A stretch of 61,388 nt of DNA, the filler included. It is 13 parts of 13 records of this genome, joined end to end, with 100 filler letters (N's around TTAATTAATTAA, not from the genome) between each part and the next. Parts side by side here need not be neighbours in the genome. Positions count along the whole stretch, not along the records: positions 29,598 to 34,405 come from SRR7504441_11272; positions 34,506 to 38,865 come from SRR7504441_11277; positions 38,966 to 43,927 come from SRR7504441_11282; positions 44,028 to 47,763 come from SRR7504441_11283; 9 more parts are not named here. One strand, given 5' to 3'. This document shows, in pieces, positions 32,986-44,084 of the stretch; position 1 is the stretch's first letter, and every line of letters begins with the position of its first letter. The notes under the pieces are model-generated. The model made no database searches. It was not told where the DNA came from and worked only from the letters and a program-made list of their open reading frames with translations. The position numbers and the translations under genes are program-made.

Positions 32986-33369
32986 ATGGGCGAGGGCAGG
33001 CGCGGGGCGGTGGAGTGGGTGTGCCTGGTCTACACCTGGCTGTACGCGCTGCTGGCGGCGGTGGTGATCGGGGCCACGCTGCGGATGTGGCTGCTCGACC
33101 ACCTCGAGAGCCTGAGCCCGCCGCCGGCCGGGCTGGAGCCCCTGGGCTGGAGCTGCTGCGGGCTGTCCGCGGTGTCGGTATTCTGGCTGGTGACGGCCAA
33201 CCTGGGCTGCCTGTGTTGGGAGCTGGCCCCGGCCCTGTTCAACACCTACCTGCTGTTCAAGTGCACCGAGCCTCGAATCGTGCAGGTGTCTGTGGCGCTG
33301 CTAGCGCTGTTTGGTCTGGCCTGCTGGAGGCTGAGCCAGACCACGGAGGCCGGGCTCAAGAAAGAATGA
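32986..33369 (+). CDS. Small multi-pass membrane protein, hypothetical
   Basis: 127-aa GC3-rich ORF with three hydrophobic segments and C-terminal KKE. Confidence 0.6.
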   Translation: MGEGRRGAVEWVCLVYTWLYALLAAVVIGATLRMWLLDHLESLSPPPAGLEPLGWSCCGLSAVSVFWLVTANLGCLCWELAPALFNTYLLFKCTEPRIVQVSVALLALFGLACWRLSQTTEAGLKKE

Positions 33370-33572
33370 GCCCGGGGGGAGCGCAGAGAGATCCTATATC
33401 TGCTCTGCACGCACCGGTGCTAACTAGTACACGCTCGGCTCGCCACGCTCGAGCTGCAGTCACACTCGCGGAGCATGGCCGGCTACGCAATACTTGTTAG
33501 TCTATAGACATGAAACTTAGTACATTATTCATGAAAGCGAATAAATGCTTTCATACAAGTTCGCAAGCTATA

Positions 33573-34405
33573 CTACACTGCGCGCACTACCGCGCAGCCG
33601 CGAGTCAGCGGCACATCAAGGACCGCTCGGCCACTGCCCCGCATCTGCACAGCGGAGCTTGGCATCACTGTCCAGCCGGCCTCCACGCCCGTCTCAGCAT
33701 GCCGCACCTCGAATGACCCGGAGCCAGTCCCAGCCGGCAGATAGGCAACGGAGAGCGTCGCCCGTGTCTGGTTCTGGCCAGCGAGCATTATGACCCAGAG
33801 CGTGGCGCAGCCGGGTTTATCGGGGAGTTCGAACACATTCGCCACGGCCTGTCCAGCAGTGACGTTGACTGGGTGCGGCTTTAGCAGCCAGCTGGCGCCC
33901 CTCAGCGCGAGGAACAACGGGCCATACTGCTGATAGTACACTTCGGCGGCCGGGTCGCTGCCAATGGCGTGGTCTGCCCCAGGGAAAGGAGCCATCGGGA
34001 AGACTTTCATGTACAGCATCCGCTGGAAGTAAACATCCGCGCTCTGCTGATTGGAGCAGCACTCACCCTTGTCATAGGTCCACAGAATGGCCGAGGAGCG
34101 CATTGCGAGCAGCCCTTGCGAGTTGAGCGCCCCGCCCTCCGAGAACGAGCCATCAAAGTGCTCAGACAGGCTTAATTGAGCAAACCCTTGGTTGTTGGAG
34201 AGCATCAGCGTCGAGTTGTACCTGCTCCCAGCAGCACGCTCGCCCATCACCTGCCGCAGCTCACCCAGTGTCTGCAGATACGAGTACTGGAGCAGCTGTG
34301 CCGTCCGGCCGTCTACTAACGAGGCCCCATCATCTCGTCCCAGGTTGTAGAGCGTGTTCCAGTCGGCACGATCAACCACCACGCCCTCAAAGTTGCTAAT
34401 TTGAT
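33573..34405 (-). CDS. Hypothetical protein, C-terminal fragment (possibly carbohydrate-active)
   Basis: Open to the contig edge; globular composition (MKVFPMAPFPGADHAI, ANVFELP); family not recognised. Confidence 0.6.
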
Positions 34406-34505
34406 NNNNNNNNNNNNNNNNNNNNNNNNNNNNNNNNNNNNNNNNNNNNTTAATTAATTAANNNNNNNNNNNNNNNNNNNNNNNNNNNNNNNNNNNNNNN
34501 NNNNN

Positions 34506-34518
34506 GCTCTTCCGATCT
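34506..34518 (+). other. Residual Illumina adapter GCTCTTCCGATCT at contig start
   Basis: Exact match to the 3' end of Illumina read-primer/adapter sequence, immediately after the linker. Confidence 0.9.
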
Positions 34519-35586
34519 TGCAAGCTTCATTGCAAATGCTAGTTCTAGAGACCAGCCGTTCCTGTTGTACATTGCGTGGTCGCACATGCACGTGCCAGTG
34601 GTGCACTCGAAGCCGTTTGCCGGGAAGAGCGGGATAGGGCCACTGGGGGACTCTCTGATGGAGTTGGATGCGGCTGCAGGGCTGGTACTTGATGCACTCG
34701 ATGCTGCTGGAGTGACACAAGATACGCTGGTGCTCCTCACAGGCGACAACGGCCCCCCTGAAGACCAGTGCGCGTGGGGAGGCAGCAAAGGCCCTTTTGT
34801 GGGCGGTTACGCCAAGAATCGGGAGTTTGGTGGTGGCGGATCTGCCGGTAAGATGACTTCATGGGAGGGTGGGCATCGGGAAGTGGGCGTGTTCAGGTCT
34901 AGCCACTGCGTGGGTGCGGCCGAGCGGGCGACAGGTGGCCCGGCAGGATTCCTGCCGGGAGTGTGAGCCACGCGCTTACCTCTACGATGGACTTTGTGCC
35001 CACAATTGTTGCGCTGGCTGGCGGCACGTTGCCGACGGACAGAACGTTTGACGGTACTGACATGGCCCCGGTGCTGTTTCGGAATGCGAGCGAGTTACAC
35101 GAGCACTTGTTCTTCTCAGTCGGAGGCGAGGTGTGGAATACCAATCTGCCAGGACAGCAGCAGCACAAGAACCCGACAGGGGCTTTATTCGAGGCAGTTA
35201 GAACGACGCGCTGGTCGGCCATGTTCAAGGTCGGTTATGGAGCCCAGTGCTGCGAGGGGCCATCCGGCGATGCCAATACGCCTTTCAACACCTCGTGCAC
35301 CTCGCCAAGCGGGTCACTCGGGTACAAACTCAAGTGGCTCGAGACGCCGTTGCTGTTTGATCTGAGTGCCGACGTTGGCCAGGAGAGCCCTCTCGATCCA
35401 GGTTCCTCCGTGCACGCGGAAGCGCTCGCGGCCATCAACGCGGCGCTAGAGTCAATGAATGCAAGCCTGCATGATGGAAAACTTCAGTCGGTGCCTAGTT
35501 ACGCTCACGACCTCAATCAGAAAGCGTGCTGCAACACTAGCAATGTCGTGTGCCGATGCACCGAGTTGCCCAGCACTCAAGCTTGA
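34519..35586 (+). CDS. Arylsulfatase (S1 family), 3' fragment
   Basis: PFLLYIAWSHMHVP, LLTGDNGP, GKMTSWEGGHR, FR|WPGRI across a 38-nt intron, STMDFVPTI, PLLFDLSAD. Confidence 0.9.
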
Positions 35587-35696
35587 GAGCACTAAGTGCA
35601 CCACGTGCAAGGAGAACTAAACCCCATGGGGTTACTGCCGTATGTGTATTACGACAAATTATGTATAGTAAACTCAGTTTTAGCAAATAATTTAAT

Positions 35697-38360
35697 TCAT
35701 AGGAGGCCTTTATGGTTCAGTACGGGCAAACCATGGTATCTACAACTCCATACAAAGAGGCACGCAAAGCTGATCGCAGCTCCGAGGGTCCACCAGCTTG
35801 CAGGTCCAAACGAGCCGTTCACTTTGAGGCACGGCTGCCCTACGAAGCCTTTGAGCTGAGAGCATAGCTGCTCGGCCTGCTGGCGAACTATGAACTGAGC
35901 CGTGAGGTCGAATTCAAACACGATGCCCACTTGTGCTAGCCACAGCACATCGTACGCTACCCAAGAATACAAGTAGGGCAGTACCTGCTGCAATCGCAAG
36001 CGCCATGTGTGCCGCTGCAATGCAGGAAAGAAGGCACTCGACCAAACTAGCGCGGCAGCGAGCAGGAAGCAAGCCGGTGCTATGATGGAAACAACCACAT
36101 ACACCACCAGCAACGTGTAAGCGCTGGTTTTGGCATCTGTATCCAAGGGGAATTCATAGATGGGGCTGGCAAGAGAAATTGGCTTCTTCTGGGAATTTCC
36201 TATTAGCGCCGAAGCTTGCCCGAGCAGCCCATCGAGCTCCAGCACCGTCAGCTCGCCGTTGAATGTCATAGCAAAGCAAACAGCCGAGCTTGCTAGCAGC
36301 AACAACGCCACCGATGACGCCAACCGCCCATTACTCGCCGTCGTGTTGCTGTTGTGCTCGACCGCGAACAGTCGGACGTGGCACTGGATCGTCAGAGCCG
36401 AGGACAGCATCATGGCCACGGCAGAGTAGGCCAGGACCGTAAAGCCGACTTGTGGCCTAACCAGGAGATCCAGCGTGGTACCAGGCAGCTCAGCGTGTGT
36501 ATGCAGCACAATGACCAGAGGAATTAGGTAGAATACGTCTGTGAAGAACACACGGCCTAGAATATCCAACCCGAGCAGCAGCCAGCCACGGCGAGTAGCA
36601 TTCGCTGGGCAAAGCCAAAATAGTAGTTGGATCACTGCTTTGGATACAGGCACCACTGACGAGCCCAACACAATCATCAACGAGATGTACCAGGCGCCTG
36701 ACAACCAAAAGTCGTGAACGAGCTCGACATAAGAGTAGCGGATCAATGTGTCATCAATTGTATGCTGTGCAGGGTCATCCAGCCCGCCAGTGACTCGCAG
36801 GATCACCTCACATACATCCTGAGCATGCGTCCAGCCGCACACTCCCAGGAGTATTAGGATGTGTATCGGCATGAGCAGCTGCAACCACGAATGCTGCTTG
36901 TACCCCGATGCCACGCACCTGTCAGACTCCTTGGCTTCTGGACTCAAGAGCAGGACGTCCACATCCTCACTAGAAGTATCAATTTGTGGTTTGGGCTTTG
37001 CTGAAACGAGCCAACCACGCCAGTATAGCATGACGACCACCACGATGCATCCGCCTGTGAGCGAGCCAGCCCATATAGCGGCATGCGCTGCAGTCTCGTC
37101 GGTCGGACTCTGCTCAGGTGCATACGGAGGCAGTTTGTCGATTGCTGCTCTGATAGCCTGATCGAGTTGCGGCCTGACGGTGCCATTGAGCTGAAAATTG
37201 AGCAAGTTCAAAGCGGGGGCCCAGCCGCCAGATTGTCCAAATGCCGCAAAGTGGAGATTGGCCACCTGGGCTACACTTGCGAGCAGCCCGTGGCCGACAG
37301 TCGGTCCCAGCACAAGGCTGTCAATGGTAGCATTTAGCACCATCTGCGTGACATTGAGCGCCACAGTCGCTTCACCCAGGTATGAGAGGCCCTTGCCAAG
37401 CAGCCTGTCGACATGGACCAATCGCCGATCCAACGCGATGAGCGCTTGAGCCCTGGCATCGATTGATGAGACATTTGCCGACACGTTGAGACTGAGGCGC
37501 CACGAGCTGTTGGGCATGGCTATTGCCACGCCAGCCTGAACCTCTGCACAGCTCTGATTCAGCCGTGCGCTCAGGGAGTGCGACTCGGCTGCTGCAGGCT
37601 GGAGAAGCGTCAGCGAGTTCAGAGTATTGATCCCCTTCATGGCCAGCGAGTCCAGCCCCAAAGTGACGCCCCCGAGGTTGACAGTAGGCCCGAGGCCTGT
37701 CCAGCTCCAAATGTGCCCGAGCCACGAACGGGCGATCGACGCAAGCTGCTCGGCGGCGGGCAAGGCGGCCAGCAGCGGCACGTTGCGCCACTCCAGCAGC
37801 TCCCTGTCTGTTGGCAGCCGCACTGACACCGGTGGGCCGGACCGAGCGTGGATGAACTGGTTGAGCAGATCGGACCAGGCGGCTAGCTGCCGGGCAATCC
37901 GCTGGCAAACCGCTTTGTCGAGCCAGGCTTGCAGCAGGCGCTCAATTCGTGCGTGAAGCAGGTCAATCGCCAGTCCGAGCACCCCGAGGCCACTCGCACG
38001 CAGTCCAGTGATCTGCACGTGCACAGCGCACTGGGCCAGCCTGATCGGCTGACCGGACGACGAGAAGGCCACCGCAGCCACGGCCGACGAGGCGCGAGCG
38101 ACCTCAAAGCTGACCCGCCCGGTCCCATTCAAGGCGACCTGGCAGCTGGCCCGCAGTCCAGTCATCTGGGTCACAACTGTGAGCCCGGTGCCGTTCGGCG
38201 GCCGATCGCTGTGGAGCCGATCCAACCCGAGCCCAGTGCAGCGGAAGCTGGCCCCATCCAGCTGCGAGTCGACGGTTGCATTGCCCAGCCACTGGCGCAG
38301 AGGGTCCGGCGAGCCCCAACCTGCTCCGGCGAGCCCAACGAGCACCCGGAGCCAGATCAT
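35697..38360 (-). CDS. Large membrane protein: signal peptide, beta-rich extracellular region, PqiA-like multi-TM C-terminus
   Basis: YSYVELVHDFWLSGAWYISLMIVLGSSVVPVSK..LDILGRVFFTDVF pattern is PqiA-like and is partly repeated; intronless. Confidence 0.6.
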   Translation of the reverse strand: MIWLRVLVGLAGAGWGSPDPLRQWLGNATVDSQLDGASFRCTGLGLDRLHSDRPPNGTGLTVVTQMTGLRASCQVALNGTGRVSFEVARASSAVAAVAFSSSGQPIRLAQCAVHVQITGLRASGLGVLGLAIDLLHARIERLLQAWLDKAVCQRIARQLAAWSDLLNQFIHARSGPPVSVRLPTDRELLEWRNVPLLAALPAAEQLASIARSWLGHIWSWTGLGPTVNLGGVTLGLDSLAMKGINTLNSLTLLQPAAAESHSLSARLNQSCAEVQAGVAIAMPNSSWRLSLNVSANVSSIDARAQALIALDRRLVHVDRLLGKGLSYLGEATVALNVTQMVLNATIDSLVLGPTVGHGLLASVAQVANLHFAAFGQSGGWAPALNLLNFQLNGTVRPQLDQAIRAAIDKLPPYAPEQSPTDETAAHAAIWAGSLTGGCIVVVVMLYWRGWLVSAKPKPQIDTSSEDVDVLLLSPEAKESDRCVASGYKQHSWLQLLMPIHILILLGVCGWTHAQDVCEVILRVTGGLDDPAQHTIDDTLIRYSYVELVHDFWLSGAWYISLMIVLGSSVVPVSKAVIQLLFWLCPANATRRGWLLLGLDILGRVFFTDVFYLIPLVIVLHTHAELPGTTLDLLVRPQVGFTVLAYSAVAMMLSSALTIQCHVRLFAVEHNSNTTASNGRLASSVALLLLASSAVCFAMTFNGELTVLELDGLLGQASALIGNSQKKPISLASPIYEFPLDTDAKTSAYTLLVVYVVVSIIAPACFLLAAALVWSSAFFPALQRHTWRLRLQQVLPYLYSWVAYDVLWLAQVGIVFEFDLTAQFIVRQQAEQLCSQLKGFVGQPCLKVNGSFGPASWWTLGAAISFACLFVWSCRYHGLPVLNHKGLL

Positions 38361-38470
38361 CTGGTAACACTGTGAGCCTTCCCGCCACGTGTGCATCCAG
38401 ATTGCCATTCGAATGCCGTTTATTTCCGTTGCGGACGCTTCACGGCGGCGGCCAAGGTGGATCTGGTGCA

Positions 38471-38865
38471 ATGAGGTCTTCAACCGAGGAGGTGCTGCCA
38501 TTGCAGACGCACTCCGAACCGGTGCCGGCCAAGCGGTGGCAACACGCGCTCTGGGCGTTGCTCGGCTACGGCGCGGTGGCGTTTGCGCTCTGCCTGATGA
38601 TCGGCGGCATTTGGAAGGCCAACAAGCCCGAGCTGAACGAACGAGCCTGCCCGTACACCGGGCCGGCCGCCGGGGAGGCACACTCCGGCTGCCCGTTCGC
38701 CGGGCTCAGCCCGCCCGAGACCCGGATGTCGGTTCCGCCTACCCACCTATCGGTTGCGCCGGACCCTGGTCAGATGACCGCCAAGGGCTGTGAGTGCGAC
38801 AGCAGCTGCGGGGCCTCGCTCGATGACGGCTTCCGGTGCGACTGGTGCCGGACCAAGCATGACTG
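38471..38865 (+). CDS. Type II membrane protein with Cys-rich domain, 3'-truncated
   Basis: TM ALWALLGYGAVAFALCLMIGGIW followed by GCECDSSCGA..CDWC. Confidence 0.6.
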
Positions 38866-38965
38866 NNNNNNNNNNNNNNNNNNNNNNNNNNNNNNNNNNN
38901 NNNNNNNNNTTAATTAATTAANNNNNNNNNNNNNNNNNNNNNNNNNNNNNNNNNNNNNNNNNNNN

Positions 38966-39408
38966 GTGTGGTATCACTAGAGGGCGAGCTTGAGGTGTTA
39001 CGAGTAGAGTGTGCTCAACTGAAGAGCGAAAATGAGGCTCAGACCTTGGCTGCTGAGGCTGCGGATGAGAAACTGCGGGACATGGAGACGGCGGTTCTTC
39101 AGGCAGGCCAACCTCGGAGAAGCCTGCTCCCATTGGCGGGCCCTCTGCAGCCTGCAATCAGGCTGCTTGTGCGATGGAGCCATCGGATTTCCGAGCGGCG
39201 AGCCAGCTTTATAGTAGTGACATATTTTCTGTGTCGACTTGCCATGTTGGTCAAACAACTGGTCGACCAGTCACATTCGCCTTCGGAGAGTAGCTCGCCG
39301 CAGATGCCGCAGAGATATTTAGAGTCTATCGACTCGCCATCGGAGTGCAGATCGCCGACTAGATGCAAGTTGTTATTTGAGAAGGCTCCGAGTGCGAGCC
39401 CAGAATGA
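38966..39408 (+). CDS. 3' end of a coiled-coil protein
   Basis: Heptad-rich LEGELEVLRVECAQLKSENE; probably contains short introns. Confidence 0.4.
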
Positions 39409-39573
39409 TGCTTACCATTAGCATTGCTTGACCTTATAGGCGAGTGCTCAACTCCTTGAAGTGACAGGGTCTTAATAACTAGTAACCAACGATATTCAAT
39501 CATATAAATCATAGTACGTGCACTAGAATCAAGTTAACATTCATTTTGAGTTCCAAGCTATGATCATGAATCG

Positions 39574-40701
39574 CTAAGCATATGCGCAAGATCGGTTGTC
39601 TACGTGGCCGCCACCCGCCCTTCGCCAAGGCCTGATTGTATGCACCAGCTCCGGAAACCAGAGTTGGCACTCAGCCACGGCGTAGAGAGCCCCGTGCATT
39701 AAATGCGAGTTCTGGGCCCACTGACCCTCCAGCAAGCCGCTTTTGTCTGTCAGCTGCGAGGCAGCTGTCTGCAAATAGAGCGCACAGGCTGCCCTCACAT
39801 CTGCCCACCGGTATGGCTGCTGATCGCGTTGCCGCCGCGTCAGCTGCGCACTGCGCGTCAAGCTATAAATCCCATCGAGATCAATGCAATACGATGCGCT
39901 GGAATGTCCCCACATCCCGTTTTTACCCTGCGCCGCCAGTGTCGCATCGACCACCTTGTCCGGATGGGGCCAGGCCCGGCCAAAGCAAGAGAAGACGTGA
40001 TACAGGTGGAATGACCCGCCCAGCTGCCCGATGACGCTTGTCGTCTTGCCCACCCAGTATCCGGTCGCAGGGTCGCTAGCATTCACCAGCCAATCGAAAA
40101 ACCACTCATAGAACGGCCACTGCCGGGCTGGATCAGCGCTCCTCACGATCCCCGGGAGGCTCTGGGCCTGCTGTGACCCGCTCCAGACGTTGGTACTTGT
40201 TGCTATCCATTTATCCATCCACCGTTCCCAACCGGAAGAGTTGCGCAAGATCGCCTCGGCCGCGGTCATTGCGTATCTCGGGGCGTGCCCCAGCAGGCCC
40301 AATGTCTCGACCGCCGCGTGGGTTGGATGCCACGGCCAGTTGGCCGTGTTCTGCGCCTCCCAGGCATAAGGCAGGTACCAACCGGTCGTGGGGTCCTGGA
40401 ATCCGTTGATAACATCTGACCACTGGGCGCGGTCGGCGAGCGACAGCCCGTCGAGCAGTCCAACGGCGTGCACTGCATACACCAAGTCTGTGCTCCCATA
40501 CAGCGAAGTGCCCTGGGTGCGGTTGCGCTTGTGCGCCGGCAGCCAGGAGAACTGGCCGGCCGACTGGTTGCCGCTTCGGAACGACTCGCGCCAGGCCGGG
40601 AAGTACGACGTCTCAAACCCGGTCAGATCCACTGCCGCACCGGCCGCGAGCGCGAGCTGGACAGCCAGGAGCAGCCCGGTCATCGCCTTCTGAAGGACCA
40701 T
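39574..40701 (-). CDS. Secreted protein, alpha/alpha-toroid (prenyltransferase/terpene-cyclase-like QW repeats)
   Basis: Signal peptide; repeated QDPTTGWY, SDPATGYW, QGKNGMW motifs; intronless. Confidence 0.6.
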   Translation of the reverse strand: MVLQKAMTGLLLAVQLALAAGAAVDLTGFETSYFPAWRESFRSGNQSAGQFSWLPAHKRNRTQGTSLYGSTDLVYAVHAVGLLDGLSLADRAQWSDVINGFQDPTTGWYLPYAWEAQNTANWPWHPTHAAVETLGLLGHAPRYAMTAAEAILRNSSGWERWMDKWIATSTNVWSGSQQAQSLPGIVRSADPARQWPFYEWFFDWLVNASDPATGYWVGKTTSVIGQLGGSFHLYHVFSCFGRAWPHPDKVVDATLAAQGKNGMWGHSSASYCIDLDGIYSLTRSAQLTRRQRDQQPYRWADVRAACALYLQTAASQLTDKSGLLEGQWAQNSHLMHGALYAVAECQLWFPELVHTIRPWRRAGGGHVDNRSCAYA

Positions 40702-41273
40702 CTGGCAGCCGCCTCCCGAGCACAGTGAGCTCGATAACGGCTTTTTGCATCATGATCACCTCGTACTCGTAGGAGGTATCAGATCTGACGATTATTCACT
40801 TTTTTTTGAACGTTGAATCACGAGGCGACTTTAATCATCTAAACTCCTTAGGCGGGGGATGATGACCGGGGTGCTGTCGGTGCACAAGCAGGGTTGTCGC
40901 CATGCATCGCCAACAACATGGCGTCAATGCGCATAATTATTGCGCGCATTGATGTCAGTGCGCATTCTGTTGATAACATTGTAAGCTTACATGTTGAATC
41001 AGTTTATTGATGAAATTACAATTAAAATCATCCTAGAATCGTCTTATCATCTCTGTCATTTGGCTAGATTACGAGTGACTAGCTTAGTTATAGTTAGTTA
41101 CGCAGGCTTTGAATTCAATCATTCCGAACGTTGTCTCCCAACATTTGCAATAGCTCGCTTTGAGCATTTATCACGGTGCGGCCTGCTTGATAGTCTGGCC
41201 GGTGCAAGCTGGGCGAAATGCATGAGCATGAGCATGCATGCTCAGGAGTGCTTATACTTACGGGGTTGCTGAC

Positions 41274-42412
41274 TTAGTTGTGAGGCCGGGCCAAGTTGCG
41301 AAGCCGGGCCAAATTTTCGATGAAGATCGCATACCGCAGGATCTCAGCCTTGCACAAGAGTGCGATCTGCTTTAGACCAGACTCACATGCACTGCACAGG
41401 TTCTGGCCGGCCGTGAGTTGTTGGTGCAGCAGCCGGATAGCGTCTAGCGCCCGCAGCTCCAGGCCCACCGGCATCACATGGTGCCGGCGAGAGAAGAGGC
41501 AGCCGTTGTTAGGGCAGACACGCTCAGGCACCAAGTCGCGCTCATCCCAAGTCTCAGGCACCAAGACATTAAACGTCGCGTCCATCACTGCCCGCGGTGT
41601 GGTCTGGCGCGTGAAGTAGGTGCGTAGACACTGCTCCAATAGGATGCACTGAAGTTCCCTGGCCGTGAACGGGGTGCCCCGTATCCGGGGCGCCTCGGGC
41701 TGATCTGCAGGCTCCAGCTCGGCCCGGCACATGGGGCAGGACGGGTGCTCCTTCAGCCACTGGCCGACGCACTCCGAGTGGAACTGGTGGCCACAGGGCA
41801 GCTCTAGCACCTGCAGCCCGAGCCTCAGCGCCATCCAGTGCCAAGCTCACGGACCGTCTGGCCCTGCAGCAGCGGGGCCTGGCAGATCGGGCAGACTTCC
41901 TCCTCGGCTGGCTGCTCCACCACCGCCAGCAGCATCGCTTCGGGGTGGCTGGCCCGGTCGCGCTCCGTCACCGGGACCAGACTACGCTCCCGCCCGCCCG
42001 CCGAGAGCCCGGCCGTCTGAAAGACCTCCGGCCAGACCCGGCTGCCGAACAGGCCAAAGGGCTGCACCAGCCGGCCGAGCGCGCCGACCTCGCCGGCTGC
42101 GGGCACCAGCGCCCAATGCGAGACCAGGCTGGGGCTTTGCCGGCTGGGCATGTCGCAATCGACCGCGTAGCCGCGTGCCCGGGCTCTTGCCCCGCGCTCG
42201 GCCCGCGCCACCCGTAGGGCCGCGAGCGCTGAATCAAGACCCGCAGGGCGCGGATCCTCCAGCTGCGGGGCGCGGATCCGCTGAATCAAGACCAGCCCAT
42301 CCTCCGGCTGACGGCCGATCAGCCGAGCAGAGGGCTGGCCCCACTCCAGGCCCAAGGGGTCCCACTCCAGGCTCCGGAGCCGGGCGAGGTCGCCGTCCAG
42401 ACTCGCCTGCAT
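41274..42412 (-). CDS. RING-H2 finger protein (putative E3 ligase)
   Basis: CPICQ..T|VLELPCGHQFHSECVGQWLKEHPSCPMCR after removing GT-AG intron 41811-41854. Confidence 0.8.
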
Positions 42413-42759
42413 TGCAGCACTTGGTTCAGCCGCTGATGACGAGTCCGAACTTGAGCCTTGTGCCGCCTTGTGAGCTCAGCTGTCAGCATGGCTGTCAGCT
42501 CTATTTGAGGTCATATGCATCAAGACTATACATCATGACCTTGGAGATACACGTATATTAAAGTACAGGTACAGGTAGTAGTGTACTCTGCGATTTGTGT
42601 GAGAATAGCAATCCCTACTCTGCGATTTGTGGGAGTACATTTGCTTTTATTAAATAAAGTCGAACAAGCCAGCCCCGCCATGTGCATAACCATTGTGTGA
42701 GTACTTTGCGATTCATTAATTATGAAACTAATGGCTCGATGGACTTGTATGATCCAGTT

Positions 42760-43927
42760 TTATACTTTTGTCGCTGTTGTCGGTGGTCCTGTCGCATTGG
42801 GATTCTTCCACCAACCATAGTTCTGCATAACCCTGTTCATAAAGTCCGGCATGTCTAACTCAAACACCGTGCGGCCGTACTCATCAATGGTGCCTACGTC
42901 ATCTCTGCCCATACTGTGGGACGTCTTCAATCGTTCGCACTCGTTGTTCAGCAAATGAAGTGCGTCGTACTTATATTCCGTGCCGAAGTGAATGGCCCAG
43001 ATCCGATACCAGTGCCGGTCGGGGTTCGATGGGTCTTGCATTTCAGGAGCATAGTTCTCCCAGCCAAACGAGGCATCCCCAACCTCGCGGCGGATTTGCG
43101 AGGTGTACGGGTCACAGCTCTGGTTCCACACGATCCTCTTGGTGTGGGCATGTATGGAGGAATTGTACCGCCTTCCCGGATCTTCCCATATGGGCGGAGT
43201 CTCTGATACCCGGGTGGACTTAGTGCCAGTCTCGCGATCCCAGTCGAACGGCAGCTCACTCACCACGTTCCCAGCCCCAAACGGCTCACAGAGGTTGAAC
43301 ATCTCGAACTTGGGCCGGTGAAATTTCCAAGGCGGGTAGAACCGTCCATAAAAAGTATCCCCTACTCGGCTCCAGCGAGGCTTGGCCAACTTACAGAGCG
43401 GATCGTCGTCGCTGCACGCAGGCGTGACGAGCTTTCGGCCGTCGTGCCGCGGGCTGAAGTGCAGCCAGTGGGCTGCTTCTAGGCTCCTATGGTTATCATC
43501 TGGGTCATATGGCAGGCTAACATTCCCGTCAAAGGCCAACCACGAGCGATTGAGCGATTGACGAGCGAGTGTGTCTTCACGAGCGGCGGGGGCCGCCCAT
43601 GTGTGGTAGTATGTGAAGTAGGCCATCAGGAGGTCCATGTCGGTCCCACCCGGATCGGGGCATCCGGGCTTAAGCTCAGTCAGCACGGCCGCAGCAAGGA
43701 AGACCGCAAAGTCCTGTATCCCTGCTCGAGTCGCCGGAACAAAGATGTTGTTCGCAGTACCAAATGGTGGGTAGATGCACGAGCCGATTTCGATCTTGGC
43801 CTGCCCGAGCACATCCCAGGCCGCCCCAGATGCCACGTACACACTCGTGTCCCAATCAAGATAGATGAACCGCTTGATCCGACTGCGCTGGACCGCCAGG
43901 TTGAGCGCCCAGTAGCGCACAATGCTC
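42760..43927 (-). CDS. Hypothetical protein, possible GT-A glycosyltransferase, 5'-truncated
   Basis: RFIYLDWDTSVY (DxD after a beta strand), TDMDLL and AIHFG; family uncertain. Confidence 0.5.
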
Positions 43928-44084
43928 NNNNNNNNNNNNNNNNNNNNNNNNNNNNNNNNNNNNNNNNNNNNTTAATTAATTAANNNNNNNNNNNNNNNNN
44001 NNNNNNNNNNNNNNNNNNNNNNNNNNNAATTCGAGGCCAGATTCCGTTGGAAATTCCTGCTAGCCTAGGCTCTGCTGTGAATCA

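Noticed and set aside
40924-40952. Inverted repeat TCAATGCGC..GCGCATTGA as terminator or MITE
   Set aside because: 9-bp stem only, single occurrence, no target duplication; eukaryotic context.
42584-42631. 16-nt direct repeat TACTCTGCGATTTGTG (similar short duplications at 543/599 and about 13063-13090)
   Set aside because: Isolated local duplications in intergenic DNA with no shared sequence or further structure.
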